Shown here: one piece after another, positions 1 to 9,583 of the stretch
Numbering within the stretch: position 1 is the first letter of the stretch
How the letters are laid out: every line of letters starts with the position of its first letter
DNA from: Thermoplasmata archaeon
GTDB taxonomy: Archaea > Thermoplasmatota > Thermoplasmata > Thermoplasmatales > ARK-15
DNA length: 64,000 nt
Assembly: GCA_039794005.1 (NCBI GenBank)
Contig: JBAMMA010000001.1
Location: 67,779-131,778, forward strand
Direction of reading: 5' to 3'
Made by a program: the position numbers and the translations under genes
Notes under the pieces: generated by a model
Databases searched by the model: none
What the model saw: only the letters and a program-made list of their open reading frames with translations
Told to the model about the DNA's origin: nothing

Positions 1-348
1 ACATCATTTGAATATTTGTTGGAAAATATTAGAATAAATAATATTAATAATATTATTCCCATTTTTGGAGACAACAGAAACATAAAAATAAAGGACTGGG
101 CAGATGTTGTAATAATGGGGTATATACACACAAAAGAATTCATACCATACGCGATTAATATGTTAAATAAAAAGGGTATATTAATATACCATGATACATT
201 TAGAAAGGATGAAATTAAAAATTTTGAAAAAATTATTGAGAATATTTTTGGAAATTATCAATTTCATATAATAAGAAAACATATTTTGAAATCATATGCT
301 CCATCAATTTATCACGTAGTTTTAGATATTTTTATAAGAAAAGTTTAA
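1..348 (+). CDS. C-terminal part of a Trm5/Tyw2-type class I SAM-dependent tRNA methyltransferase (5' end lies outside the window)
   Basis: Frame 1 is open from base 1. 'IIPIFGDNRN...ADVVIMGYIHTKEFIPYAINMLNKKGILIYH' resembles the 'GDAR...ADRIIMNLP...FL..A...GG.IHYY' region of archaeal Trm5. Family recalled from memory, not searched. Confidence 0.45.
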   Translation, partial: TSFEYLLENIRINNINNIIPIFGDNRNIKIKDWADVVIMGYIHTKEFIPYAINMLNKKGILIYHDTFRKDEIKNFEKIIENIFGNYQFHIIRKHILKSYAPSIYHVVLDIFIRKV

Positions 349-374
349 AATTATCTAAAAGTTAAAGGTTATGA

Positions 375-635
375 ATGAGTAAAGGCAGTGAAAAGAAGAG
401 AAAATTAGATATGTCAAAAAATTCAATTATACGTCATTTACTTTTAGAGGCGGTAAAAAATTTACCGGAAAATATAAGAGGTTCTATTGTGGGCACTGTT
501 TATTCCAAAGGTTCTAAAATAGATATTTTTGCCGCAAGAGATTATGTTGTAGAATTAAAAAATAAGGGAATAATAGATGAGGAAACTGCCAAAAACATCA
601 TTGATATTATTTTTAAATATAGTAAATATTATTAA
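375..635 (+). CDS. Small hypothetical protein (86 aa)
   Basis: Clean ORF with no competing gene on the other strand. No recognisable motif. Confidence 0.4.
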   Translation: MSKGSEKKRKLDMSKNSIIRHLLLEAVKNLPENIRGSIVGTVYSKGSKIDIFAARDYVVELKNKGIIDEETAKNIIDIIFKYSKYY

Positions 636-943
636 TTTTTTAAAGTAAATCTGATATGATCATCCTTTACATCGAAAAGGCCAAGTCTTGCACCCGCATC
701 AATCCACCCGTATGCATAGGATAGTGATGCCAAAGCATTTACATAATCTCCTTTTTCAAAGAAATAAAATGCATCATTTGTATAATCTTCCGCCATTCTC
801 TTAAAATCAATAGCTATATCAAATAAATGCGAATTTTCAGGAACTTTAATTTCAATTATTTTCAGGGCCGTTTTATTTCTCTCCATATAATTTAAAATTT
901 TCTCTTTTTCAATTATCTGTGACATTAACGCCTTCACCTCCAT
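632..943 (-). CDS. Small conserved archaeal protein, DUF357-like
   Basis: 103 aa. '...YVNALASLSYAYGWIDAGARLGLF' matches my recollection of the DUF357 signature. The start overlaps the 3' end of the upstream HerA-like gene by 35 nt. Confidence 0.5.
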   Translation of the reverse strand: MEVKALMSQIIEKEKILNYMERNKTALKIIEIKVPENSHLFDIAIDFKRMAEDYTNDAFYFFEKGDYVNALASLSYAYGWIDAGARLGLFDVKDDHIRFTLKN

Positions 944-2378
944 GTTTAGTTTCTCTAGGTCTTATATCAACGAATAATGGAAAAGAGAGATCTGGATTGG
1001 TAACTAAAGCCACACCTATAGGCAATCTCTGAATATCATCTAAAGAATGCTTTGTTAATCCCTCTACCGATTCCCCTATGGTTTTTAAATCGTTAGGGTT
1101 TGTGATTTTCAATATTATCTGTGTATTGCACTGGCTTAAAACATTTTTATCGACCTTAGCAGGTCTCTGGCTAATTATTCCTAAACCGAGGCCAAATTTT
1201 CTCCCTTCACTTGCTATTGTTCTCAAAATATCCGATGATAGTGATTTACCTTGCTGGGGTATATAATTGTGTGCCTCCTCCAAAATCAATATTAAAGGAG
1301 GAATTTCATTTCTTTTCCTCAATTCAAATAATGAATATGACAATCTGGATACTAACATTTCCTGTACCTTTGGAGGAACCCCCTTAAGATCTATAATGCT
1401 TGCCTTGCCCTTTTTAACTATATCTGAAATTTTTGTTCCCTCATTTGCAAAAATATTAAGGGATTCCAAAGATTTAAGTTGATTTATCAAAACTGTGGCA
1501 GACATGGAATCTTCTTCTTTTTGCAATTCATTAATAACATCGGATAATTCAAACAATTTATTTTTTGCCTTAGCCTTTTCCATCGCATTTCTTAACATGT
1601 TGAAATATATTCTGTCATTGGAATCAAGCATTGTCAATATATCTCTTGGTGAAAATTGAGCAAGTGTAAATTTTATATTATTATATTCCTTATTTTTATT
1701 AAAAATTGAAAATAGTATAATTTTATCCTTATAACTTTTTGGTTCTACTTTAAACCTTTCCATTGAAGCATTCTTCTCAGCTGGAATTGAAAGTGAATAA
1801 TATTCCCCGTGAGGGTCAATGATTATGGTTGTAACGTTATTTTTCAATAATTCTTCAACCAGTATTCCGGTGAAATAACTTTTGCCTCCTCCAGTTTTTG
1901 CTAAAATACTTATATGCTTCTGAACGAGTGAATTTATATCTAAATATATGGGAATTTCATGGTTATGTAAAAACCCAATATATGCAGAATGTTCCTTCTT
2001 TTCACCTAGTCCTAACGTTTCCCTTATAAGATCATCATCTGCTATATATACTGGTTCTCCGGCTTTGAATGGAGTTTTAGGTCTTTGTAATATTTTATTA
2101 TTGTCTCTATATCCAATTACATTTATTTCACCTATCAGAACATCCTGTATTTTTACATCCACACCAGCATTAAGCAATAATGCCTTATCTATGGATAAAT
2201 CCGTTTTTCTTTCTAAATATTCAATCACACCTAAAATCCATCCAGCATTTTCATGGAATATTTTTACAAATTCCCCCTCCTCTACAGAACCTGTAACGGT
2301 CATTTGTAAATTTGTTGTTCCCACATCTCCAAATAATAAACCTACCTTGTTCTTATTTTCATCAATCTTAGATTCCAT
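909..2378 (-). CDS. HerA-like HAS-barrel / DUF87 P-loop ATPase (FtsK-HerA superfamily)
   Basis: N-terminal barrel-like region. Walker A 'ILAKTGGGKSY', Walker B-like 'PPLILILEEAHNY', 'GIISQRP' motif. Length 489 aa. Confidence 0.8.
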   Translation of the reverse strand: MESKIDENKNKVGLLFGDVGTTNLQMTVTGSVEEGEFVKIFHENAGWILGVIEYLERKTDLSIDKALLLNAGVDVKIQDVLIGEINVIGYRDNNKILQRPKTPFKAGEPVYIADDDLIRETLGLGEKKEHSAYIGFLHNHEIPIYLDINSLVQKHISILAKTGGGKSYFTGILVEELLKNNVTTIIIDPHGEYYSLSIPAEKNASMERFKVEPKSYKDKIILFSIFNKNKEYNNIKFTLAQFSPRDILTMLDSNDRIYFNMLRNAMEKAKAKNKLFELSDVINELQKEEDSMSATVLINQLKSLESLNIFANEGTKISDIVKKGKASIIDLKGVPPKVQEMLVSRLSYSLFELRKRNEIPPLILILEEAHNYIPQQGKSLSSDILRTIASEGRKFGLGLGIISQRPAKVDKNVLSQCNTQIILKITNPNDLKTIGESVEGLTKHSLDDIQRLPIGVALVTNPDLSFPLFVDIRPRETKHGGEGVNVTDN

Positions 2379-2416
2379 AAATTTTTGAATTAAACTATGA
2401 ATTTAAAATTTTCACA

Positions 2417-3307
2417 TTAAATAAATAAAAATATAATGAAAAGGATTGGACCCAAAACAGCAAATTTCCTTATATTAAAAAATAAAATTGTAGAGAATAC
2501 AGACATTGAGAGAATTGTATAAATAATACTCCAATTAATATAAAATATATTGAATATCGAAAATATGCCAATATATATAGTAGAATATAAAATTGATTCA
2601 CCTATTAGATTATTAATACCCATTGATAGAAATCCTTTTTTTGACCATATAAGAGATATTATAATCTCCGGTAAAGCTGTTCCTAATGGTATTAACAAGA
2701 TAGATAATATCAATATATCTATTCCAATTGCATATGATAGTTCAATTAAACTGTTTAATAAAAGACTTGATCCAAAATAAATGCCAATGACCGATAAAAA
2801 TATTTGAAGAACAATCACATAACTATTTTTAAAGATCTTTTTAAATATTGGAATTTCTGGAAATTCAATGTAATTTTTATTTGATTTTCTGATATGATAA
2901 TTAAAGTAAAAATATATAAATATTAAAATTACTCCTGTAATAAAATTATTAATTAATTTTAATAGCGAAATCAACAGAGAAATTGCTAAAAATAGAAATG
3001 CATAATTTTTTTCAGTATTTTTTTTAAATATTAATAATAAAATGGGAATAAAAATCATAACTACGATAAATATATCTCCAAAAATGGTGCCTATTGCTTC
3101 ATTCTGTCCATTCATTCCTTTAATGATAAAAATTGCTATCAATACTGTAATAAGCTCCGGAAAAGATGTAAAAAGAGGCGAAATTATTGATGAAAGAAAT
3201 TCTCGTGAAATTTTAAACTTATCTGCAATATAATCGGTACTATTTACATACAAATAAGATGATATAAAAATGATTGTTAAACCTAATATTATATTCAATA
3301 AATACAT
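2417..3307 (-). CDS. Na+/Ca2+ exchanger family (CaCA/YrbG-like) membrane protein
   Basis: Polytopic membrane protein with two alpha-repeat signatures, 'FTSFPELITVLIA' and 'LGTALPEIIISLIW'. Confidence 0.75.
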   Translation of the reverse strand: MYLLNIILGLTIIFISSYLYVNSTDYIADKFKISREFLSSIISPLFTSFPELITVLIAIFIIKGMNGQNEAIGTIFGDIFIVVMIFIPILLLIFKKNTEKNYAFLFLAISLLISLLKLINNFITGVILIFIYFYFNYHIRKSNKNYIEFPEIPIFKKIFKNSYVIVLQIFLSVIGIYFGSSLLLNSLIELSYAIGIDILILSILLIPLGTALPEIIISLIWSKKGFLSMGINNLIGESILYSTIYIGIFSIFNIFYINWSIIYTILSMSVFSTILFFNIRKFAVLGPILFIIFLFI

Positions 3308-3404
3308 AATAAGTGAAATTAATTCCAGCTATATAAATAATGATTTTATCTTAATTTAAATATTGAATCATTAAATTTATTATATTTATTTATGATATTT
3401 TTTT

Positions 3405-3902
3405 ATGTTACATGTTTACACAGGTGATGGAAAGGGTAAGACCACAGCTGCATTTGGCCTGGCTTTGCGCGCATTTGGAAGAAATAAAAAGGTCGCAATT
3501 ATACAATTTGCAAAACCTGAAAAATCTGGTGAATTTTTAGCATGTGAAAAGATTGGAATAGAGGTATACAATTTTGGTTATCCGGGATTTATTATAAGAA
3601 GTCCAAGGAATGAGGATTATGTAGAAGCCAAGAAAGCATGGGAAAAAGCAAAGGAATTGATGAATTCAAATTATGATGTAATAATTTTAGACGAATTAAA
3701 TATAGTTCTCTATTATAATTTAATAGAAATTCCAGAGGTTATAAAGGTATTGTTAGATAAAAAAGAAAAGATGGAAATTATTATAACAGGTAGATATGCT
3801 AAAAAGGAGATAATTGATATTGCAGATTTAGTTACAGAAATGAAAATGGTAAAACATTATTTTGAAAAGGGAGTTCCTGCGAGGATAGGCATTGAATTTT
3901 AG
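3405..3902 (+). CDS. cobO: Cob(I)yrinic acid a,c-diamide (cob(I)alamin) adenosyltransferase, CobA/CobO/BtuR type
   Basis: 'VYTGDGKGKTTAAFGLALRAFG', 'IIQF', 'VIILDELN', 'IITGR' are typical of the family. 165 aa. Confidence 0.85.
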   Translation: MLHVYTGDGKGKTTAAFGLALRAFGRNKKVAIIQFAKPEKSGEFLACEKIGIEVYNFGYPGFIIRSPRNEDYVEAKKAWEKAKELMNSNYDVIILDELNIVLYYNLIEIPEVIKVLLDKKEKMEIIITGRYAKKEIIDIADLVTEMKMVKHYFEKGVPARIGIEF

Positions 3903-5014
3903 ATTAAATATTTTATAATATATTCTTTTAGTATATCTGAAATATTTATAACATTATCGATATAATCACTGATGATTTCAATATTCTTTGAACTAGAAAC
4001 TAATAATGAAATCTTCAAGTTCAATTTTAATTCTTTTTTAATCTTCGAAACTACTAATGCAACCATTAAGTTATAATTATCATCAGATGAAGATAATATT
4101 ACCTGCTTTGCTTTTTTAATTCCTGCTATTTCTAATACTTTAGGATTGTCAGCCCTTTCATGAATTACAATATATCCATCATTTTTTAAATAGTTGGCCA
4201 TCTCAGAATCTCTAACTATCAAAACCAATGGAACATCCCTATTTCTTAATTCTTCAATTAAAGAACTTATTATAGGTGTATATCCACAAAAAATTAAATG
4301 ATTTTTTATACCTGCGAATTCAACATTTTCCATAATATTCACCACCTTTTCCAATCTTTTTTGTAATATAGGCCCCAAAACCGAAACTATAGACCCTAAA
4401 AATGATACTATTCCAAAAACAACTAAACTTGCTGTAAAAAGTCTTGCACTGGTTGTAACTGGAAGAATATCTCCGAATCCCAAAGTTGTCATGACTTCAA
4501 TTGTGTAATAAAACGCAGTCGAAATGTTTTTTATGGGAGGGGAAAATTGATTGCCGAGATACAAAGATCCAGCTATGCCATAAATCAGAGACAATACGAC
4601 TAAAGATAAAGCTAATATATTTTCTGAAGATATTAAATAAGCAGGAGGATATACATATTCATTCCTATATTTCCACAACAAATAAAATTCCAATATTGAC
4701 AAAGAAATTCCTACAATATCAAAAATAATCAACTTTGAAATCCTAGCAAATTCATTTATAAGATAGAAAATAAGAAAACCTTGAACTGCATACCAGGAGG
4801 TCCAGGTTTTTCTTTTTAATCCAGAATATAAAATTAAAAGAAAAATTCCAAATAGTATATCTGTTGAACCAGAATATCTTGAGTTGAAAAATGACAATTG
4901 TGATATAATTGCTGAATATTTAACATTAAAGAATATGGATCCGGCGTTGTATAAAATATAATATGTGCCTATGATTAACACTATTTGAGGAATGTATTTT
5001 TTTAATTTTTGCAT
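3899..5014 (-). CDS. Potassium channel with C-terminal RCK/TrkA-N domain
   Basis: Selectivity filter 'TTLGFGD'. Rossmann-like 'LIFCGYTPI' RCK domain after the pore. The track ORF extends to 5059; I prefer the internal ATG at 5014 (MQKLKK...) because it leaves a 76-nt divergent intergenic region. Confidence 0.8.
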   Translation of the reverse strand: MQKLKKYIPQIVLIIGTYYILYNAGSIFFNVKYSAIISQLSFFNSRYSGSTDILFGIFLLILYSGLKRKTWTSWYAVQGFLIFYLINEFARISKLIIFDIVGISLSILEFYLLWKYRNEYVYPPAYLISSENILALSLVVLSLIYGIAGSLYLGNQFSPPIKNISTAFYYTIEVMTTLGFGDILPVTTSARLFTASLVVFGIVSFLGSIVSVLGPILQKRLEKVVNIMENVEFAGIKNHLIFCGYTPIISSLIEELRNRDVPLVLIVRDSEMANYLKNDGYIVIHERADNPKVLEIAGIKKAKQVILSSSDDNYNLMVALVVSKIKKELKLNLKISLLVSSSKNIEIISDYIDNVINISDILKEYIIKYLI

Positions 5015-5090
5015 CTTATATTTGAATGTAAATCTTAATATAAAAAATATTCTAAACAATGTTTATATTTTTTTATGCCTTATCCTATTC

Positions 5091-6953
5091 ATGAACCCAA
5101 TATACTATGAAATTTTAAAAAAGTATGGTGATGAAACAAAAAAACTTTCAGAAATAGAAAATGATCAATTTTTTGAATTTTTATGGAAATATATAGATAT
5201 ATTAAATCCTAAAAATATCTTTATAGTTACCGACGATGAAAAAGACAAAGAATACATAAAAAATAAGGCATTAGAGGATAAGGAAGAAAGAAATCTAAAA
5301 AAGCCAAAACAAACATACCATTTTGATAATTATTATGATCAAGCAAGGGACAAGGAAAATACAAAGATATTGGTTCCTGGAAATGAAAAATTGCCATTTA
5401 TAAATACAATGAATAGGGAAGAAGGCTTAAAAGAAATACATGAAAAGATGAAAAATATGATGAAGGATAGAACAATGTATATAGGCATATTCTCTCTGGG
5501 ACCTTTGGATTCACCATTTTCTGAGCTAGCCGTTCAGCTGACAGATTCATCATATGTTATGCATAGTGAGATAATTTTATACAGAACAGCATTTGAAAAA
5601 TTTAAGAAAAACAAAAATGTCAACTTTTTAAAATTTGTACATGCTCAGGGTGAATTGGATGATAGAAAGACAAGTAAAAATTTAGCGAACAGGAGAATTT
5701 ACTTTGATTTGGAAACAAACACGGGATATGCGATAAACACTCAATATGCTGGTAATTCAGTTGGCTTGAAAAAGCCAGCATTCAGAATAACAATATCTAA
5801 GGCATTAAAAGAAGGTTGGCTATCTGAACATATGTTTTTAATGGGAGTTAATGGACCAAATGGAAGGGTAACATATTTAACAGGAGCATTTCCTTCAATG
5901 TGTGGTAAAACATCCACGGTAATGTTGCCAGGTGAAAGGTTGGTTGGAGATGACTTGGTATTTATTAAAGAGATAAATGGTGAAGCAAAATCAATAAACA
6001 TAGAAAATGGAGTATTCGGAATTATAGATGGTATAAATCAGAAAGACGATCCAATTATATGGAATGTTTTGCATGGTGATAATGAAGTTATATATTCAAA
6101 TGTTCTGGTAAGTGATGGACAACCATACTGGAATGGAATGGGAATACCAATCCCGGACAAGGGTGAAAATCACAGTGGAGAATGGTGGAAAGGCAAAAAA
6201 GATGCAGAAGGAAAAGAGATACCCCCATCACATAAAAATGCAAGATTCACAGTATACTTATCTTCATTCCCAAATCTAGATAAAGGGGCATTGGAAGCAA
6301 AGGAAGGGGTTTCGGTTGGTGGAATGATTTTTGGAGGAAGAGATTCAGATACATGGCCCCCAGTAGTTGAGGCTTTTGATTGGAATCATGGTGTCTATAA
6401 AGGAGCATCGATAGAATCAGAAACAACAGCAGCCTCTCTGGGAAAGGAGGGTGTTAGGACCTTCAATGCCATGTCAATAATGGAATTTCTGTCTGTTGAT
6501 TTAGGTAAATATTTGAAAAATTACATTGAATTTGGAAAGAAGCTTAACAAGAAGCCAAAAATATTTGCTGTTAACTATTTTCTCAGGGATAAGGATGGAA
6601 AATACCTAAATGACAAAAATGACAAGGCTGTATGGATAAAATGGATGGAATTGAGAATTCATGGGGATGTATCGGCTATAAGAACACCAATTGGTTATAT
6701 TCCAAAATATGAAGATCTTGTCCCATTATTTAAAAAACTTTTCAACAAAGAATATACAAAAGAGGACTATGAAAAGCAGTTCATGATAAGGGTACCGGAA
6801 TTACTGAACAAGAATGAAAGAATAAGGAAAATTTACATTGAAATAAAAACAACTCCAAAAGAAATATTCGAAGAATTGGACAAAGAGAAAAATGAGCTTG
6901 AAAAAATTAGAAAAGAGTATGGGGATTATATATCTCCATTTAAATTTTATTAA
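5091..6953 (+). CDS. pckG: Phosphoenolpyruvate carboxykinase (GTP)
   Basis: 'FPSMCGKTS' kinase-1a P-loop and 'NARFT' motif. About 620 aa from the ATG at 5091. The track's 33-codon N-terminal extension overlaps the divergent channel gene. Confidence 0.9.
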   Translation: MNPIYYEILKKYGDETKKLSEIENDQFFEFLWKYIDILNPKNIFIVTDDEKDKEYIKNKALEDKEERNLKKPKQTYHFDNYYDQARDKENTKILVPGNEKLPFINTMNREEGLKEIHEKMKNMMKDRTMYIGIFSLGPLDSPFSELAVQLTDSSYVMHSEIILYRTAFEKFKKNKNVNFLKFVHAQGELDDRKTSKNLANRRIYFDLETNTGYAINTQYAGNSVGLKKPAFRITISKALKEGWLSEHMFLMGVNGPNGRVTYLTGAFPSMCGKTSTVMLPGERLVGDDLVFIKEINGEAKSINIENGVFGIIDGINQKDDPIIWNVLHGDNEVIYSNVLVSDGQPYWNGMGIPIPDKGENHSGEWWKGKKDAEGKEIPPSHKNARFTVYLSSFPNLDKGALEAKEGVSVGGMIFGGRDSDTWPPVVEAFDWNHGVYKGASIESETTAASLGKEGVRTFNAMSIMEFLSVDLGKYLKNYIEFGKKLNKKPKIFAVNYFLRDKDGKYLNDKNDKAVWIKWMELRIHGDVSAIRTPIGYIPKYEDLVPLFKKLFNKEYTKEDYEKQFMIRVPELLNKNERIRKIYIEIKTTPKEIFEELDKEKNELEKIRKEYGDYISPFKFY

Positions 6954-6955
6954 AT

Positions 6956-8356
6956 TTATACTTGGCTAGCATTCTCTTCAATTATTTTTTCTCTTGCTAT
7001 TTCTTCCAAGGGAACATTTTTAGGTTCTGGTAGCCATATTGAAATGAATGCTCCTATTAATGCAATTAAAGCGAGTATTGTTAAAAGGGTTTTTAATCCT
7101 ATTACTATTAACAATGTAGGGAACAGTAGTGTACTAATAGCTGCTCCCAATTTGCCCGAAGCTGCAGATATACCGTGGGATGTTGTCCTATAATGTACTG
7201 GAAATACTTCTGCAGGAACTATAAATGTTGTTGTGTTTGGACCAAGATCTATGAAAAAGAATGTTAATGAATAGAGAATAAAGGCGAGATCAATGGGTAT
7301 AGTGAATCCCTCTACCTTTGTCCCTTTTACTATCATTAACGTTGAAATTAAAAAATACAAAAATGACATAGCGATAAATCCTAAGATCTGAAGTTTTTTT
7401 CTTCCGATTTTATCAATTAATGCAACAGCTGAGAAATATCCAAAGAATCCTACAAGGAAAGGAACTCCTGCTAGGAATACCTTCATCGGAAGGGTAGATG
7501 CAGAAATTATATTGGATACAATTGGCCCTGAATATATTCCTGTTCCGTAAAAGGCAATATCCATCAAGAACCATGTTGATGATGTGACAAACAGAATATT
7601 ACCATAATTTTTTAAGAATACTCTGAATGGATGTTTCTCAACCTTTACAGGATTAATAGATTGTGAACCACCTACTACTTCTTTTGCCCTTTTTGCTGTA
7701 TCCTTATCGTTATTTACCAATAAGGAATACCTTGGTGTTTCTGGTAATTTTCTTCTTAGATATATAACAGCAATTGCTGGTATTGCACCAAATAATAGCA
7801 TTACTCTCCATGCCAAATCGGGTGGAAGTAAAACTGCGCTGGCAATCCCAACAGCCACGGCTGTGACAGAGCCAATTCCTTGATTTGCAAACAAGAGAGC
7901 AAGAAGTTTACCTCTATCTTTTGTGTTTGAATATTCGCTCATTATTGTTGCTGAAACGGGGTAATCCCCACCGATACCAAGACCAAGAACAAATCTGAAT
8001 ATAAATAATTCCAAAAAGTTCGTTGAAATGGCGCTCAATATTGCACCTACTGCTAAAAGTGTTGCTTCAATTCCATATACCCTTTTTCTACCAAATCTAT
8101 CTGCAATTGCTCCGAATACGAGTTGGCCAATAATTGCAGCAACAATAGCTGAGGATCCAAGAAGCGAAGCCTCAATGGTGTTAATATGGAAGCTCACACT
8201 GTAAGGCCCAGTAAGAAGGATAAGTACAATTCCAATTATGAAGAGATCATATGCGTCGGTGAAAAAACCCATGCCTGCCGTAAACCATACCTTTATATGG
8301 CCAAAGTTCAATCTCACAGAATCTATGTCACTAAATATACCATTTTTTTCTACCAT
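6956..8356 (-). CDS. MFS transporter, Pho84/PHS-type inorganic phosphate:H+ symporter-like
   Basis: 'WFTAGMGFFTDAYDLFIIG', 'DRFGRKRVY' and 'LRRKLPETPRY' are typical MFS/PHS signatures. 12 predicted TM segments. Confidence 0.7.
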   Translation of the reverse strand: MVEKNGIFSDIDSVRLNFGHIKVWFTAGMGFFTDAYDLFIIGIVLILLTGPYSVSFHINTIEASLLGSSAIVAAIIGQLVFGAIADRFGRKRVYGIEATLLAVGAILSAISTNFLELFIFRFVLGLGIGGDYPVSATIMSEYSNTKDRGKLLALLFANQGIGSVTAVAVGIASAVLLPPDLAWRVMLLFGAIPAIAVIYLRRKLPETPRYSLLVNNDKDTAKRAKEVVGGSQSINPVKVEKHPFRVFLKNYGNILFVTSSTWFLMDIAFYGTGIYSGPIVSNIISASTLPMKVFLAGVPFLVGFFGYFSAVALIDKIGRKKLQILGFIAMSFLYFLISTLMIVKGTKVEGFTIPIDLAFILYSLTFFFIDLGPNTTTFIVPAEVFPVHYRTTSHGISAASGKLGAAISTLLFPTLLIVIGLKTLLTILALIALIGAFISIWLPEPKNVPLEEIAREKIIEENASQV

Positions 8357-8480
8357 TTTTTTTTATCACCAATTCATATAAAATTTAATTTTACTTAGTT
8401 TTGATTTATATAATCTATTTACTTATATATAGAATATATAGAAAAAATAAAAATTATATACCAAAATTAATGTAGATTAA

Positions 8481-9467
8481 ATGATGTATGAATATAGAAA
8501 AGTTCAAAAAGTAGGTAATTCCACGTATACGATATCCTTACCTAAAAATTGGTGTAATATGTATGGAATCAATGAAGGTAAGAATGTTTATTTAGAGATT
8601 GACGAAAGCGGTAGGTTAATAATTAATCCATCTGAAAAGGAAGAAATTCCAAGTGAATTTGATTTATACATCAATAAAGAAGAAAAATCTTACATATTAA
8701 GAAAGTTAATATCAATCTACCTCTCAGGTTACAATACAATAAAAATTATACAAAAGCCTTATTTAGATTATGATACGAGAAAAACTATCGAAAAATTTCT
8801 ATTCTATACGATAGGCATGGAGATTCTTGAAGAGACAAAAGATATGATGATTCTTCATGATATATCTAATATTAATGAAATAAACTTAATAAAAATATTG
8901 AGAAGAATTCATCACATTTTAGAAAACATGTTAATTGATTTAATAAATATTTTAAAAAATTATGATGAAAATATTGCAAAGAACATTATAGAAAGGGATT
9001 TGTATGTCGATCGATCTTTGTGGGCAATATCAAAACAGATGTACAAGATTTTAAAAAATCCAGTATTGTCATTTGAAATGAATGTTAATCTTAAAACAGT
9101 AGTTAATATAAGATTCATAGGAAAGTATATGGAAAGAATAGCAGACCATATCGGGAACATCACGATGTTTATAAATTTGATGGAGAATAATGATAGAGAA
9201 AAGATATCAAATTATCTTAATGTTATTAAAAACAACATAGATTCAATTTTTTATTCATTTTTGAACTGTGATATTGAAAAAGCCAATGTTATAATAGAAA
9301 ATACGATATCAATATGCAATGAAATAAAAAGTTTATATTCCAAGTTTAAAGACTTGAAAAATCCTCAAATAATACTTGCATACGAGAGCGTTTACAGGAT
9401 AGGAATGTATACGATAGATTTTGCAGAAACAGTTATGGACGAATGCATTGATGTAAACAAAAAATGA
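8481..9467 (+). CDS. Phosphate uptake regulator: AbrB/SpoVT-type DNA-binding domain fused to PhoU repeats
   Basis: N-terminal 'RKVQKVGNSTYTISLPKNW' (AbrB/SpoVT swapped-hairpin). The helical remainder carries PhoU-like 'E..D...' segments including 'KYMERIADHIGNI'. Confidence 0.75.
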   Translation: MMYEYRKVQKVGNSTYTISLPKNWCNMYGINEGKNVYLEIDESGRLIINPSEKEEIPSEFDLYINKEEKSYILRKLISIYLSGYNTIKIIQKPYLDYDTRKTIEKFLFYTIGMEILEETKDMMILHDISNINEINLIKILRRIHHILENMLIDLINILKNYDENIAKNIIERDLYVDRSLWAISKQMYKILKNPVLSFEMNVNLKTVVNIRFIGKYMERIADHIGNITMFINLMENNDREKISNYLNVIKNNIDSIFYSFLNCDIEKANVIIENTISICNEIKSLYSKFKDLKNPQIILAYESVYRIGMYTIDFAETVMDECIDVNKK

Positions 9468-9583
9468 TTAAACAAATCTCCAGAAAATAAAATTAATATC
9501 TTTTTTTAATTAGGAAATAGATAATGTTTAAAAATAAAAGATTTATTTGGTTTACAATCGTTATTGTTTAGTCAACGGTATCT

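Noticed and set aside
1078-2388. Plus-strand ORFs 1078-1266, 1267-1482 and 1948-2388, antisense to the HerA-like gene.
   Set aside because: They lie entirely inside a well-supported minus-strand gene. Their translations are low-complexity (Ser/Leu/Phe/Ile-rich) with no motifs, which is typical of shadow ORFs in AT-rich DNA.
4992-5090. 33-codon N-terminal extension of the PEPCK ORF. Similar extensions occur at 15020-15058 (cysS), 40469-40489 (hemL) and 38130-38192 (the Ahb decarboxylase subunit).
   Set aside because: The extensions are hydrophobic or low-complexity, start at non-ATG codons or overlap neighbouring genes, and are absent from the conserved N-termini of these families. Internal ATGs fit better.
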